Below are positions 1 to 9,665 of a stretch of DNA of 64,000 nucleotides, in pieces (position 1 is the stretch's first letter; every line of letters starts with the position of its first letter). The DNA lies in NCBI GenBank assembly GCA_934097105.1, contig CAKONI010000001.1, forward strand, positions 74,144-138,143. Reading direction: 5' to 3'. Under the pieces are notes generated by a model. That model did not search any database. It saw nothing but the letters and a program-made list of their open reading frames with translations, and was not told where the DNA came from. Origin of the DNA: an uncultured Bacilli bacterium (GTDB lineage Bacteria > Bacillota_I > Bacilli_A > RF39 > UBA660). Position numbers and translations under genes: made by a program.

Positions 1-611
1 CTTTTGCTGTTTTCTTTAGGGAGTTTTATTTCTTTTATGGTTTCCATTTCTAAATTTAGGGTTTTTATAGCTTTTTGTGCTTCTTTTAGTTCTTCGTCTA
101 TATTTGATTTTAATAGTATAAAATAACCATTTTTTTTGGGAAGTTGGCATGCTAATTCTAGTAATATGTTTGTTTTTGCTACTGCTCGTGATGTTACTAT
201 GTCGAAGTTTTCTTCTTTGTAGTCTTCTATTCTTGATGTTACTGTTTTTATGTCTTTTAGATTAAGAGTTTTTATTACTTGATTTAAGAAGTTTATTCTT
301 TTTTCTAATGAGTCTAGTAGTGTTATTTTTAGATGAGGATATACTATTTTTAGGACTATTCCTGGGAAGCCTGCGCCTGTTCCTATGTCTATTATGTTTA
401 GATTTTGGTTTAGATCTATTACTTGTGCTATTGTTAGGCTATCGTAAAAATGTTTTAGATAAACTTCTTGTTTTTCGGTTATTCTTGTTAGATTTAGGTT
501 TTTGTTTGTTTCTATCAACATTTCATAGTATTTTTCTAAATCTTTTAACTGGTTTTTTGTGATTTTTATATTTAATTTTTCTAAATTTTCTATAAATTCT
601 TTTTCTGTCAT
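1..611 (-). CDS. rsmG: 16S rRNA m7G527 methyltransferase RsmG (GidB); C-terminus runs off the window edge
   Basis: My reverse-strand translation from the ATG at 611-609 gives [44 protein letters not shown]...[16 protein letters not shown], which contains the SAM-binding GxGxG. There is an ATGA start/stop overlap with mnmG, and the mnmG-rsmG order is conserved. Confidence 0.88.
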   Translation of the reverse strand, partial: MTEKEFIENLEKLNIKITKNQLKDLEKYYEMLIETNKNLNLTRITEKQEVYLKHFYDSLTIAQVIDLNQNLNIIDIGTGAGFPGIVLKIVYPHLKITLLDSLEKRINFLNQVIKTLNLKDIKTVTSRIEDYKEENFDIVTSRAVAKTNILLELACQLPKKNGYFILLKSNIDEELKEAQKAIKTLNLEMETIKEIKLPKENSK

Positions 612-2470
612 TTTTGCTCCTTTTTAAGATAAATCATTAGGACTGCGATATCACTTGGGTTTACTCCACTTATTCTCATTGCTTGTCCGATTGAGGTTGG
701 TTTTATTTTGTTTAGTTTTTCTCTTGCTTCTAGGGCTAAATTGTCTACTTTTTTGTAATCTATTTTTTCATCTAATTTTATATTTTCATATTCTTTTTGT
801 TTTTTTGCTTCTTCTTGTTCTTTTTTTATGTATCCATCATATTTTGCTATTATTTCTACTTCTTCTTGTTCTTTTTGATTATATTTTTTTGTTAGGAATG
901 TTTCTAATTTTTCTATTGTTACATTTGGCCTTTTTAATAGATTGAATAATGATATTTTGTCTGTGATTTTATTTATATTGTTATTTTCTAAAATTTCATT
1001 TATTTTTTTTGTGGGTGTTATTTCTTGATTTAGTTCTTTTAGGAGACTTTCTATGTTTTCTTTTTTTGTTTTAAATTTTTTGTAGTCTTCTTCGGTTACT
1101 AGTCCGATTTGTTTTCCATATTCAGTTAGTCTTAAGTCTGCGTTGTCGTCTCTTAATAGAAGACGATATTCTGCGCGAGATGTTAATAGTCTATATGGTT
1201 CTTTTGTTCCTTTTGTTACTAAATCATCTATTAGGACTCCGATGTAGGCTTCGTCTCTTCTTAAAATTAGTGGATTTTTTCCTTTTATTTTTTGATTTGC
1301 ATTTATTGCAGCGATTAGACCTTGGCATGCTGCTTCTTCGTAACCACTTGTTCCGTTTATTTGTCCTGCAGTGTATAGATTTTCTACTAGTTTTGTTTCT
1401 AGTGTTCTTTTTAAGTCTCTTGGATCTATTGCATCGTATTCTATTGCGTAGGCATATTTTAAAATTTCTGCATTTTCTAGTCCTGGTAAAGATTTTACCA
1501 TTTTTTCTTGAACGTCTTTTGGCATGCTTGAAGAGAAACCTTGAATGTATATTGTGTCGTATTGTTTACTTTCTGGTTCTAGGAATAATTGGTGTCTTTC
1601 TTTGTCGCTGAATCTTACTATTTTATCTTCGATTGATGGACAATATCTTGGGCCAATACCTTCGGCGTATCCTCCATACATTGCTGATTTTTTTAAGTTT
1701 TCATTTATTATTTTGTGTGTTTCTTTGGTTGTGTATATTAAATAACAATTTTCTTGATTTTTTGGATCGTATTTTATATCTTCTTGATAGGAAAATGTTA
1801 AGGGTAGGGGAGAGCCTGGTTCTATTTGTGTTTTGGAGTAGTCTATTGTGTCTTTTTTTATTCTTGGAGGGGTTCCTGTTTTTAGTCTTTGGAGAGTGAA
1901 TCCTATTTTTTCTAGATCTTTACTTAAATTAAGTTCTGTTTCTTCTCCGTGTGGTCCTTCCTTTTTTTTGGTACTTCCTATTAGTATATTTGAATTTAGA
2001 TAGGTTCCGGTTGTTAGAATTACTGCTTTTGCTTTTATTTCTTCTTTTTCTCTTGTAATTATTCCGTTTATTTTATTATTCTTTACAATTAGATGTTCTA
2101 CAAGTGTTTCTTTGATTGTAAGATTTTCTTGATTTTTTATCGTATTTATCATGTTTTTCTGATATTCTACTTTGTCTATTTGTGCACGTAGAGCCCAGAC
2201 TGCTGGTCCTTTTCTTGTATTTAATTTTTTTATTTGTAAAATAGATTTGTCAGTGTTTTTGGCCATTTCTCCGCCTAGAGCGTCTATTTCTCTTACAACG
2301 ATTCCTTTTGCTGGTCCGCCGATTGATGGGTTACATGGGGCATCTGCGATATTGTTTATATTTCCTGTTACTAATAAGGTTTTATTATTAAGTCTTGCTG
2401 ATGCGAGTGCGGCTTCACATCCAGCATGACCTCCGCCTACTATAATTATGTCATAATTCATTTTTTCCAC
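608..2470 (-). CDS. mnmG: tRNA uridine-5-carboxymethylaminomethyl modification enzyme MnmG (GidA)
   Basis: 620 aa ORF with N-terminal FAD fold [17 protein letters not shown] and [11 protein letters not shown], aligning full length with the GidA family. Confidence 0.97.
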   Translation of the reverse strand: MEKMNYDIIIVGGGHAGCEAALASARLNNKTLLVTGNINNIADAPCNPSIGGPAKGIVVREIDALGGEMAKNTDKSILQIKKLNTRKGPAVWALRAQIDKVEYQKNMINTIKNQENLTIKETLVEHLIVKNNKINGIITREKEEIKAKAVILTTGTYLNSNILIGSTKKKEGPHGEETELNLSKDLEKIGFTLQRLKTGTPPRIKKDTIDYSKTQIEPGSPLPLTFSYQEDIKYDPKNQENCYLIYTTKETHKIINENLKKSAMYGGYAEGIGPRYCPSIEDKIVRFSDKERHQLFLEPESKQYDTIYIQGFSSSMPKDVQEKMVKSLPGLENAEILKYAYAIEYDAIDPRDLKRTLETKLVENLYTAGQINGTSGYEEAACQGLIAAINANQKIKGKNPLILRRDEAYIGVLIDDLVTKGTKEPYRLLTSRAEYRLLLRDDNADLRLTEYGKQIGLVTEEDYKKFKTKKENIESLLKELNQEITPTKKINEILENNNINKITDKISLFNLLKRPNVTIEKLETFLTKKYNQKEQEEVEIIAKYDGYIKKEQEEAKKQKEYENIKLDEKIDYKKVDNLALEAREKLNKIKPTSIGQAMRISGVNPSDIAVLMIYLKKEQK

Positions 2471-2542
2471 CTCTTTTAAATCGTTTGTAGTATAGCATAT
2501 TTTTTTTATTTTAACAATAGAAAAGGTATTTATGTAATATTT

Positions 2543-2576
2543 AAAAAATCTACACTTAAGAAAGATTGTGTAGATC
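2543..2576 (-). terminator. Rho-independent terminator downstream of the ABC exporter gene
   Basis: Perfect 8-bp stem ATCTACAC/GTGTAGAT (2548-2555 / 2568-2575) followed on the minus strand by a T6 run (A-run 2543-2548 on plus). Confidence 0.6.
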
Positions 2577-2727
2577 TTTATTTAAAGGATTATTCCTATT
2601 ATAATAACTATTAATGTGATTGCTAAGAAAGCGATTATTTCTTTTTTGAGAATTGCTTTATATTTTTGATATTCTTATTTCTATTTCTTTATTCATGGTA
2701 AATCCTCCTGGAAAAGAAGTTTGTTTT

Positions 2728-4410
2728 TTAATTTTTATATAAGGTTTTATATTTCTCATTTGTTTTTATTAATTTGTTATGGGAACCTGTTGCTACTACT
2801 GTTCCTTTTTCTAATAGATATATTTTGTCTGAATCTATTATAGTTGATAGTCTGTGCGCTATTGTTATTATTGTGTGATCTTTTGATACTTTTTGGATTT
2901 GTTCTTGTATTTCTTTTTGTGTAATATTGTCTAGTGCTGAGGTTGCTTCATCGAATAGAATTATTTTACTTTGCTTTAAAATTGCTCTTGCAATGGCTAG
3001 TCTTTGTCTTTGACCTCCGGATAGATTTATTCCGCCTTCTTCTAGTAGCGTGTTATATCCTTCTGGTAGGCTTTCTATATAATTATGAATTTGTGCTTGT
3101 TTACAAGCTTCTTTCATTTCTTTGTCTGTTATTTTTCTATCTATTAATTTTAGATTTTCTTTTATTGTTAAGTTAAATATATAAGGATTTTGAGTTATTA
3201 TTGATATGTTATTTCTTAATGAATCTTCAGTTAAATCTTTTATATCTATATCGTCTATTGTTATTTTTCCTGTGTAATTATCATATGTTTTGGTTAATAG
3301 ATTAAATATTGTACTTTTTCCACTGCCACTTTTTCCTACGAGTGCAATGTTTTGATTTTCTTTTATTTCTAGTGATATATTTTTTAATACTTTTGTTTTT
3401 GTATAGGCGAAACTTACATTTTCAAATTTTATATTTCCTTTTGGATTTTTTAGGGTTTTTTTACCATATTTTTCTACAGGGTATTTTTCTTCGTTAAATA
3501 GTTCTTTTATTCTTTCTTTGGCTACTTTATAGTTTACTAAATACTCTTTTAGGGATGTGTAACTTAATACTAATCCAAAGATGTTTGTTTTATACATAAA
3601 TATTATTAGAAATCCTGTTAGGGTTATTTGATTTATTTTTATTAGATATATTCCCATTGCTAGGACTGCGAATGTTATTATTGCTTGCATTACTTCTGTT
3701 GTACTGTAAATTGATATTCTTAAGTCTGATGATTTGGTTTCTAATTTATTTCTTTTATCTAATGAGTCTCCGGCAATGTTTGTAAATTTTTTTGTTATGT
3801 TTAATAATTTTATGTCTTTTATGCCTTTTAGGACTTCATTTAGTATTGTTCCGTTTTTATCAGCGGTTTGCATTATTTCTTTATTTACTTTTTCATATTT
3901 TTTATAGGCTGCTTTTTCATATACGTATATTATTATTAATCCTAGTAAGAAGACTAGTCCTATGTAGATGTTTAGGAAAAATACATATATTAACATTGCT
4001 AGTTCTTTTATCATTGAGAACATGCTATACTGAACTATGTTAAATACATCATTTATGGCATTTGGATCTGTTTTTATTCTTTCTTGAAAATAGCCTGATG
4101 ATGTTTTATCGAAGTTTGTTGCTTTCATTTTGAATATTTGTTTTAGCATGTCTAGTCTGATGTTGTATAGAAGACTTTCTCTTATTTTCATTGATGAGTG
4201 ATTACTTATTTTACCTAGTACTGATTTTATTATTGTTATTAGTAATAGTGATAGAGAGAATGTAAATGCTAATTTTATATTTAACTTTGTTAGGTTTGTT
4301 AAAATATTAGCGTTTATTACTGGTATTAATACACTTATTGCTGTTGTTAGTAGTAATAGTATTGTATAAATTATTATTTTTGATTTTATTTTTGATAGAT
4401 ATTTTTTCAT
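2728..4410 (-). CDS. ABC exporter, fused permease/ATPase half-transporter (MsbA/bacteriocin-exporter type)
   Basis: 560 aa with an N-terminal six-helix TMD followed by an NBD carrying Walker A GKSGSGKST, signature LSGGQRQR and Walker B ILFDEATSALD. Confidence 0.85.
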   Translation of the reverse strand: MKKYLSKIKSKIIIYTILLLLTTAISVLIPVINANILTNLTKLNIKLAFTFSLSLLLITIIKSVLGKISNHSSMKIRESLLYNIRLDMLKQIFKMKATNFDKTSSGYFQERIKTDPNAINDVFNIVQYSMFSMIKELAMLIYVFFLNIYIGLVFLLGLIIIYVYEKAAYKKYEKVNKEIMQTADKNGTILNEVLKGIKDIKLLNITKKFTNIAGDSLDKRNKLETKSSDLRISIYSTTEVMQAIITFAVLAMGIYLIKINQITLTGFLIIFMYKTNIFGLVLSYTSLKEYLVNYKVAKERIKELFNEEKYPVEKYGKKTLKNPKGNIKFENVSFAYTKTKVLKNISLEIKENQNIALVGKSGSGKSTIFNLLTKTYDNYTGKITIDDIDIKDLTEDSLRNNISIITQNPYIFNLTIKENLKLIDRKITDKEMKEACKQAQIHNYIESLPEGYNTLLEEGGINLSGGQRQRLAIARAILKQSKIILFDEATSALDNITQKEIQEQIQKVSKDHTIITIAHRLSTIIDSDKIYLLEKGTVVATGSHNKLIKTNEKYKTLYKN

Positions 4411-4435
4411 ATGTACCTCTTATTCTTTTTTATTT

Positions 4436-5779
4436 TTATTTTCCTACACAAAAGTTTTTGAATAGGTTATCTAGTAGTTCTTCGGTGTATGTTTCTCCGA
4501 TTACTTCTCCAAGTGTTTGCCATATTACTTTTAGATCTATTTCTATTATATCTATTGGGCTTTCATTTTTTAGGCCTTCTTTTATGCTTGTTATGTTTTC
4601 TTTACAATTTTCTATTTTTTGGAGTTGTTCTATTGTTGAAACGTAGTAAAAATCATTTGTTTTTATTTTGTCTAGATTAAATAGTTCTTTTATTTTATCT
4701 GTTAGTGGTTTTAGACCATTTTCTTCTTGGGTGTTTGTTTTTACTATGTTTTTATCTTTTATATCTATATTTGTTTTTAAATCTGATTTATTTATTACTA
4801 TTATTCTTTGTTTTTGGCTTGTGTTTTTTATTAAATTTTTATCTTCTTGTGTTAGTTTTTCGTTGTTGTTTAGTACTAGGAGAATTAAATCTGCTTTTTC
4901 TATTGCTTTTTTTGATTTTTCTACTCCGATTTGTTCTACTATATCTTTTGTGTCTCTTATTCCGGCGGTATCTATGAGGTTTAGATTTATTCCTTCTAGG
5001 GTTAGGTTTGCTTCGACTATGTCTCTTGTTGTTCCTGGGATATTAGTTACTATGGCTTTTTCTTCTTGTATTAGTTTGTTTAGAATACTGCTTTTTCCAA
5101 CGTTAGGGCGTCCTACTATTGCTATATTTATTCCATTTGTTATTAATTTACTGTTTTTGGAATTTTCAATAATTTGATTTAAGTCTTGTTCTATGGTGTT
5201 TATTTCTTGTTTTATTTTGCTTGTTGTTATTTCTTCGATGTCTTGATATTCTGGGTAGTCTATATTTACTTCAATGTTACTTATTAGTTGTACTAATTTT
5301 TCTCTTAAGTTTTTTATTTTGCTTGTTGTTGTTCCGGTTAGATTATTTATTACTATTTGTCTTGCTTTGTCTGTTTTTACGTTTATTAAATCGTTTACTG
5401 CTTGGGATTTGGTTAAGTCTATTCGGCCGTTTAAAAATGCTCTTTTTGTGAATTCTCCAGGTTCTGCTAATCTTATTCCTTGTTTTAGTAAAAGTTCTAG
5501 GACTTTTTTTGTGGTTGCTATTCCTCCGTGGCAGTTTATTTCTACTGTGTCTTCGGTTGTAAATGTTTTTGGGGATTTCATTATTGTAATTAGTACTTCG
5601 TCTATTATTTGATTTTTTTCTTTTATGTAACCATAGTTTACTGTATGAGATTTTTTGTTTAATAAATTTATATTTGTTATTTTATTTACTTTTTCTATTG
5701 CTTCTTTTCCGCTTACTCTTATTATGGATATTGCTCCCACTCCAAGAGTTGTTGAAATTGCTGTGATACAATCGTTCAT
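4436..5779 (-). CDS. mnmE: tRNA modification GTPase MnmE (TrmE/ThdF)
   Basis: 447 aa with G1 GRPNVGKSS, G3 DTAGIR and the C-terminal CVGK motif. Confidence 0.96.
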   Translation of the reverse strand: MNDCITAISTTLGVGAISIIRVSGKEAIEKVNKITNINLLNKKSHTVNYGYIKEKNQIIDEVLITIMKSPKTFTTEDTVEINCHGGIATTKKVLELLLKQGIRLAEPGEFTKRAFLNGRIDLTKSQAVNDLINVKTDKARQIVINNLTGTTTSKIKNLREKLVQLISNIEVNIDYPEYQDIEEITTSKIKQEINTIEQDLNQIIENSKNSKLITNGINIAIVGRPNVGKSSILNKLIQEEKAIVTNIPGTTRDIVEANLTLEGINLNLIDTAGIRDTKDIVEQIGVEKSKKAIEKADLILLVLNNNEKLTQEDKNLIKNTSQKQRIIVINKSDLKTNIDIKDKNIVKTNTQEENGLKPLTDKIKELFNLDKIKTNDFYYVSTIEQLQKIENCKENITSIKEGLKNESPIDIIEIDLKVIWQTLGEVIGETYTEELLDNLFKNFCVGK

Positions 5780-5811
5780 AGTTCCTCCTTTACATTATAG
5801 AAAAAAGAAGA

Positions 5812-6423
5812 TTATTCTTCTTCTTTTGGTGTGATTACTACATGACGTTTTGGTCCTTCTTCTTCAGAATGGGTTTCTACGTTTGTCCAATTTGTTAAAG
5901 CGTTGTGTACTAATCTTCTTTCATAAGCATTCATAGGTTCTAGGTGCGCTTCTACTTTTGTTTTTGCTACTTCTTTTGCTATTTGTTTTATTTGTCTTTC
6001 TAATTTTATTCTTTTTTTGTTTTTATAATCGTTTACATCTAATTGAAATTTGTAATATTCTCCAACTTGGCTATTTACCATTTGATGAGTTATTGTTTGA
6101 AGAGCCTCGATTGTTTTGCCATTTTTTCCTATTAAGACTGAGGCGTCTTGCGCTAATAGGTTGAATAAAGGCATATTTTCTCTTTTTTTCATTTCTATTT
6201 TTACGTCTATTCCCATTAATTTTGTTATGTTTTGCAAGTAACTTTTTATTTCTTGGTTTAGTTCATATTTTGTTATTGCCTCGATTTCTATTTTTGTACC
6301 AAGTAATTTCTTTTTTGATCTTTTCATTCCTATGAATAGTTCATCTTCAGTTGCATTTAATGTTTCTTTTGCTTTTTCTAAGGCTTCTTCTTCAGTTTTT
6401 CCTATAAATGTTTGTATTTTCAT
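5812..6423 (-). CDS. jag: Jag/KhpB RNA-binding protein (KH + R3H domains)
   Basis: 203 aa with a KH-like core (LIGKNGKTIEALQ) and C-terminal R3H (ERRLVHNAL). It sits directly after yidC, as spoIIIJ-jag does in Bacillus. Confidence 0.85.
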   Translation of the reverse strand: MKIQTFIGKTEEEALEKAKETLNATEDELFIGMKRSKKKLLGTKIEIEAITKYELNQEIKSYLQNITKLMGIDVKIEMKKRENMPLFNLLAQDASVLIGKNGKTIEALQTITHQMVNSQVGEYYKFQLDVNDYKNKKRIKLERQIKQIAKEVAKTKVEAHLEPMNAYERRLVHNALTNWTNVETHSEEEGPKRHVVITPKEEE

Positions 6424-7346
6424 GCTTTTTTTCTCCTTCCTATGGCTAAATTTTGGAATATTGTAAATAATGATGTTGTTATCCAGTAAAATGCGATTGC
6501 TGTTGGTAGTGTAAATGACATAAATCCTATGAATATTGTCATTCCTGTTGTCATCATTTTTTGTTGTTTGGCCATTTGATCATTCATTGCCATTGAAGGG
6601 TTTAGTTTATATGAGAAGTATGTTGCGGCGATTAGTATTACGCATACTAGTATGTAATACCAGTGTCCTGTTGTCATTCCTACGAATGGGGTTGTTCCCA
6701 TGTTTAATCCTATAAATTGTTCTTCAAAGATTGCGGGAACTCTATTGATTGCTTCCCAAAATGCGAATAAGATTGGTAATTGAATGAAAGCAAATAGGCA
6801 CCCTGATAATGGTTTTATGTCATATTTTTTGTAAACCAGCATCATTTCTTGTCCTTTTTTTTGCATTGATTCATTATCTGTTTTACCTTGATATTTTTTT
6901 TCTATTCTATCTATTTCTGGTTTTGCATCTTTCATTTTTTCTGATTGAAGCATTGTTTTTCTTGTCATTGGGAATAAAATTAATCTTAATATTAATGTTA
7001 TTATTATGATTGATACTGCGGTTGAACCTACGAGCATTCCTATTTTTACTATGATGTATCCTAGTGGCCTTACGAAGAACGTATTCCATAATCCTTCATA
7101 TTTTCCAGATATTTTCATTTCTTTACATTCTGGTAATTTTTCTATGTTTACTTTATTTTCTTCATAGATTTTTAAGATTTCTTTGTCGGTTGGTCTACAT
7201 ATTATGTTTTCTGTAATTGTTTGACCTGTTTCTTCATTTTTTACTATTTTTCCGTCTTTATCTTTTAGGTTTTGTGTACATCCGGTTAAGGTTACTATTA
7301 ATAATATTAATACTAATATTTTAGTTATTTTTTTTGTTTTTTTCAT
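6420..7346 (-). CDS. yidC: Membrane protein insertase YidC (SpoIIIJ/YqjG-type lipoprotein)
   Basis: 308 aa with a lipobox LTGC after the signal helix and a multi-pass Oxa1/YidC core. The rnpA-yidC-jag order is conserved. Confidence 0.92.
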   Translation of the reverse strand: MKKTKKITKILVLILLIVTLTGCTQNLKDKDGKIVKNEETGQTITENIICRPTDKEILKIYEENKVNIEKLPECKEMKISGKYEGLWNTFFVRPLGYIIVKIGMLVGSTAVSIIIITLILRLILFPMTRKTMLQSEKMKDAKPEIDRIEKKYQGKTDNESMQKKGQEMMLVYKKYDIKPLSGCLFAFIQLPILFAFWEAINRVPAIFEEQFIGLNMGTTPFVGMTTGHWYYILVCVILIAATYFSYKLNPSMAMNDQMAKQQKMMTTGMTIFIGFMSFTLPTAIAFYWITTSLFTIFQNLAIGRRKKA

Positions 7347-7680
7347 TTACTTCTCCTTTTACTTGTTTAAATATTTTTATTACTTCTTTTTCCATTTGCT
7401 GATAAGTTAATTCTAATGCCGTTTTTCTTGCTATTAATATATAGTTTTGATTTGTTTCGTATATTTCTTTGTTATTATCTATTATTGATTTTATTCTTCT
7501 TTTTAATTTATTTCTTGTTACGGCATTTCCGATGTTTTTTGTAAATGTTATTCCAAATTTTGGTAAATTTTCATTGTTTTTTTCTTTATTTAATATGAAG
7601 TATTTTGTTGCTTTTCCATGTCTTTTTTTTATTATTCTACTAAAGTCTTTTGCTTTTTTCACTATATTTTGTTTTTTCAT
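7321..7680 (-). CDS. rnpA: Ribonuclease P protein component
   Basis: Basic protein containing GNAVTRNKLKRRIK (RNR-motif region). I prefer the ATG at 7680-7678, which is preceded by AAGAGG; the ORF-track start at 7698 is probably too long. Confidence 0.88.
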   Translation of the reverse strand: MKKQNIVKKAKDFSRIIKKRHGKATKYFILNKEKNNENLPKFGITFTKNIGNAVTRNKLKRRIKSIIDNNKEIYETNQNYILIARKTALELTYQQMEKEVIKIFKQVKGEVNEKNKKNN

Positions 7681-7695
7681 ATTACCTCTTATAAT

Positions 7696-7718
7696 CAAAA
7701 ATCCACTTTGAAGTGGAT
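7696..7718 (-). terminator. Hairpin plus T-run between rpmH and rnpA (attenuator/terminator candidate)
   Basis: Stem ATCCACT/AGTGGAT with a 4-nt loop, followed on the minus strand by T5. The hairpin arm reads TTATCCACT on the minus strand. Confidence 0.4.
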
Positions 7719-7722
7719 AATA

Positions 7723-7848
7723 TTATTTTGATAAGTTTTTTCTGCCTTTTCTTCTTCTTTTATTTATAATACCTGATTTAATACGAGCGAAAAAGCCATG
7801 TTTCTTTTTCATTTTTCTATTATTAGGTTGAAAAGTTCTTTTACTCAT
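7723..7848 (-). CDS. rpmH: 50S ribosomal protein L34
   Basis: Below the ORF-track cutoff. My translation is [41 protein letters not shown] (41 aa), with GGAGG 7 nt upstream. The position upstream of rnpA and divergent from dnaA is canonical. Confidence 0.93.
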   Translation of the reverse strand: MSKRTFQPNNRKMKKKHGFFARIKSGIINKRRRKGRKNLSK

Positions 7849-7917
7849 GAATTGCACCTCCAAACTTAATCGCTATTATTATATAAAGAAAAGTAGGTAA
7901 TTGTCAACAATTTTTCA

Positions 7918-8072
7918 CTTATTAACAAAATTAATGTTTATTAACATCACAATTTTAACAATTGTTAATACTGTTAACAAAAAATTTGTTGAAATTTGTT
8001 GAAAAGTATTTTATAGTATATAAACAAAGGAAATTATATGTTAAAAACTTTGTTAATAAGTTTGTTAATAAA
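7918..8072. promoter_or_regulatory. Cluster of TTATTAACA / TGTTAATAA boxes upstream of dnaA (candidate DnaA-box variant; oriC left half and dnaA promoter)
   Basis: CTTATTAACA at 7918-7927, TTTATTAACA at 7937-7946, TGTTAATAC at 7963-7971, TGTTAATAAG at 8051-8060 and TGTTAATAAA at 8063-8072. Confidence 0.55.
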
Positions 8073-8154
8073 TTTTTTTAGTTTTCAAAATAGAAAAAAT
8101 GTATTACAATGTATTTAGGTTGTAATTTATACTTTTAAGTGGGGAGATGGTATT

Positions 8155-9537
8155 ATGGATAACAATTCTTTATGGCATAAAGTCCTTGATAATATTAGTA
8201 ATATAGTTGACCCTTTGTCATATAGAACCTGGTTTGAAAATATTGATTTTATTGATATTAAAGATGATTCTATTAGGTTAGTTGTTCCGGTTGTTTTGTA
8301 TAAAAATCATTTGGATAGAAATTATCGGGATATTATTTTGGAAGCGTTTAATAACTTATTAACAAAACCTGTTGATAACATAATTTATGTTTTAAAAGAA
8401 AATTTAGAAGACTTATTAAGTATTGAAAATAAGAATTGTTCTAATGAGAAATTTGATAATAGAGTTTTAGATGATGAATCTTTTGTTAATCATGTTTCTA
8501 ATTTAAAAAAAGACTATACTTTTGATTCTTTTGTAGTAGGAGAGTCTAATAAATTTGCTCAGGCGGCGGCGATGGCTGTTGCGGAAAATCCTGGTACTAT
8601 GTATAATCCTTTATTTATATATGGTAATAGTGGACTTGGTAAAACTCATTTGATGCATGCAATTGGTAATTATATTGAACAAAGGCATAAGAAAAAGGTT
8701 TTGTATGTTACTAGTGATGATTTTATGAATGATTTTACTGGTTTAATTAGAAAGAGTAATAATGATAATAATCTTAATTATATAGAGTTTTTTAAGAACA
8801 AATATAGAAATGTTGATGTTTTAATTATTGATGATATTCAATTTTTAGGGGGTGCTGAGAAGACTCAACAAGAATTTTTTCATACTTTTAATAACTTATA
8901 TAATGATAGTAAGCAAATTATTGTTTCTTCTGATAGGAGTCCTGAGGATTTAAAGGTTCTTGAGGATAGACTTAGAACTAGATTTGCATGGGGGCTTCAG
9001 GTTGATATTAGTCCTCCGGAGTTTAATCTTAAGGTTGCTATTATTAAGAAGATATTAAGAAGAGAAGATGTTAAATTAAATGATGATGTTATTTGTTATA
9101 TTGCTTCGAATGTTGGTAATGATGTAAGACAACTTGAGGGTGCTCTTACTAGACTTATTGCATATTCAGCAATTATGTGTGTTAGTAATATTACTGTTGA
9201 TTTTGCAATGGAGGCTTTAAAAGATTTTACTAAGAAAGACTTTATTACAGATCAAAATGATATTAGAAGAATTCAGAAAAATGTTGCTAGTTTTTATAAA
9301 ATTTCCTTTGAGGATATGAAGTCTAAAAAGAGGACTCCTAATCTTGCTATTCCTAGACAAGTTGCTATGTATTTGTGTAGAAAACTTACTGATGAATCTT
9401 TTGAGAGAATTGGTATTGAGTTTTCTGGAAAAAATCACGCTACTGTGATTCACGCTTGTAATAAAATTGAAAAAGAGATGGAAAGTAATAAAGATTTGAG
9501 GGATGCAATTGAGGATATAAAGAAGCAATTAACATAA
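8155..9537 (+). CDS. dnaA: Chromosomal replication initiator protein DnaA
   Basis: 460 aa with Walker A GNSGLGKTHL, Walker B LIIDDIQF and C-terminal domain IV (IPRQVAMYLCRKLT...GGKNHATVIHA). RBS GGGGAG. Confidence 0.98.
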   Translation: MDNNSLWHKVLDNISNIVDPLSYRTWFENIDFIDIKDDSIRLVVPVVLYKNHLDRNYRDIILEAFNNLLTKPVDNIIYVLKENLEDLLSIENKNCSNEKFDNRVLDDESFVNHVSNLKKDYTFDSFVVGESNKFAQAAAMAVAENPGTMYNPLFIYGNSGLGKTHLMHAIGNYIEQRHKKKVLYVTSDDFMNDFTGLIRKSNNDNNLNYIEFFKNKYRNVDVLIIDDIQFLGGAEKTQQEFFHTFNNLYNDSKQIIVSSDRSPEDLKVLEDRLRTRFAWGLQVDISPPEFNLKVAIIKKILRREDVKLNDDVICYIASNVGNDVRQLEGALTRLIAYSAIMCVSNITVDFAMEALKDFTKKDFITDQNDIRRIQKNVASFYKISFEDMKSKKRTPNLAIPRQVAMYLCRKLTDESFERIGIEFSGKNHATVIHACNKIEKEMESNKDLRDAIEDIKKQLT

Positions 9538-9549
9538 AAATGTTAAAAC

Positions 9550-9665
9550 TGTTAATAGTTATTAACAAGATATTTTATAAAAAAGTACTGATACATATAG
9601 AAAAAATGAGTTATTAACAATATTAACAGTAATAATATAAATAATAATATAAATATAAAAGAAAG
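9550..9665. promoter_or_regulatory. dnaA-dnaN spacer: box cluster plus AT-rich tract (candidate oriC right half / DUE)
   Basis: TGTTAATAG at 9550-9558 abuts TTATTAACA at 9559-9567, followed by TTATTAACA at 9611-9619 and ATATTAACA at 9620-9628. Then comes a pure A/T run of TAA/TAT triplets (gtaataatataaataataatataaatataaaag) at 9629-9665. Confidence 0.5.

Noticed and set aside
2590-2700. Small minus-strand gene: a 12-codon ORF with GGAGGA RBS, followed out of frame by a 25-codon hydrophobic stretch.
   Set aside because: There is no continuous reading frame and no start codon for the hydrophobic part. I kept it only as a note under the ABC-exporter finding, since it may be a decayed gene or a sequencing indel.
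308-7711. Many plus-strand ORFs of 60-170 aa opposite rsmG through rnpA (for example 308-562, 655-945, 1180-1611, 4668-5177, 5274-5612, 7469-7711).
   Set aside because: All are Leu/Phe-rich translations of the T-rich antisense strand of well-supported minus-strand genes. They have no RBS and no recognisable motifs.
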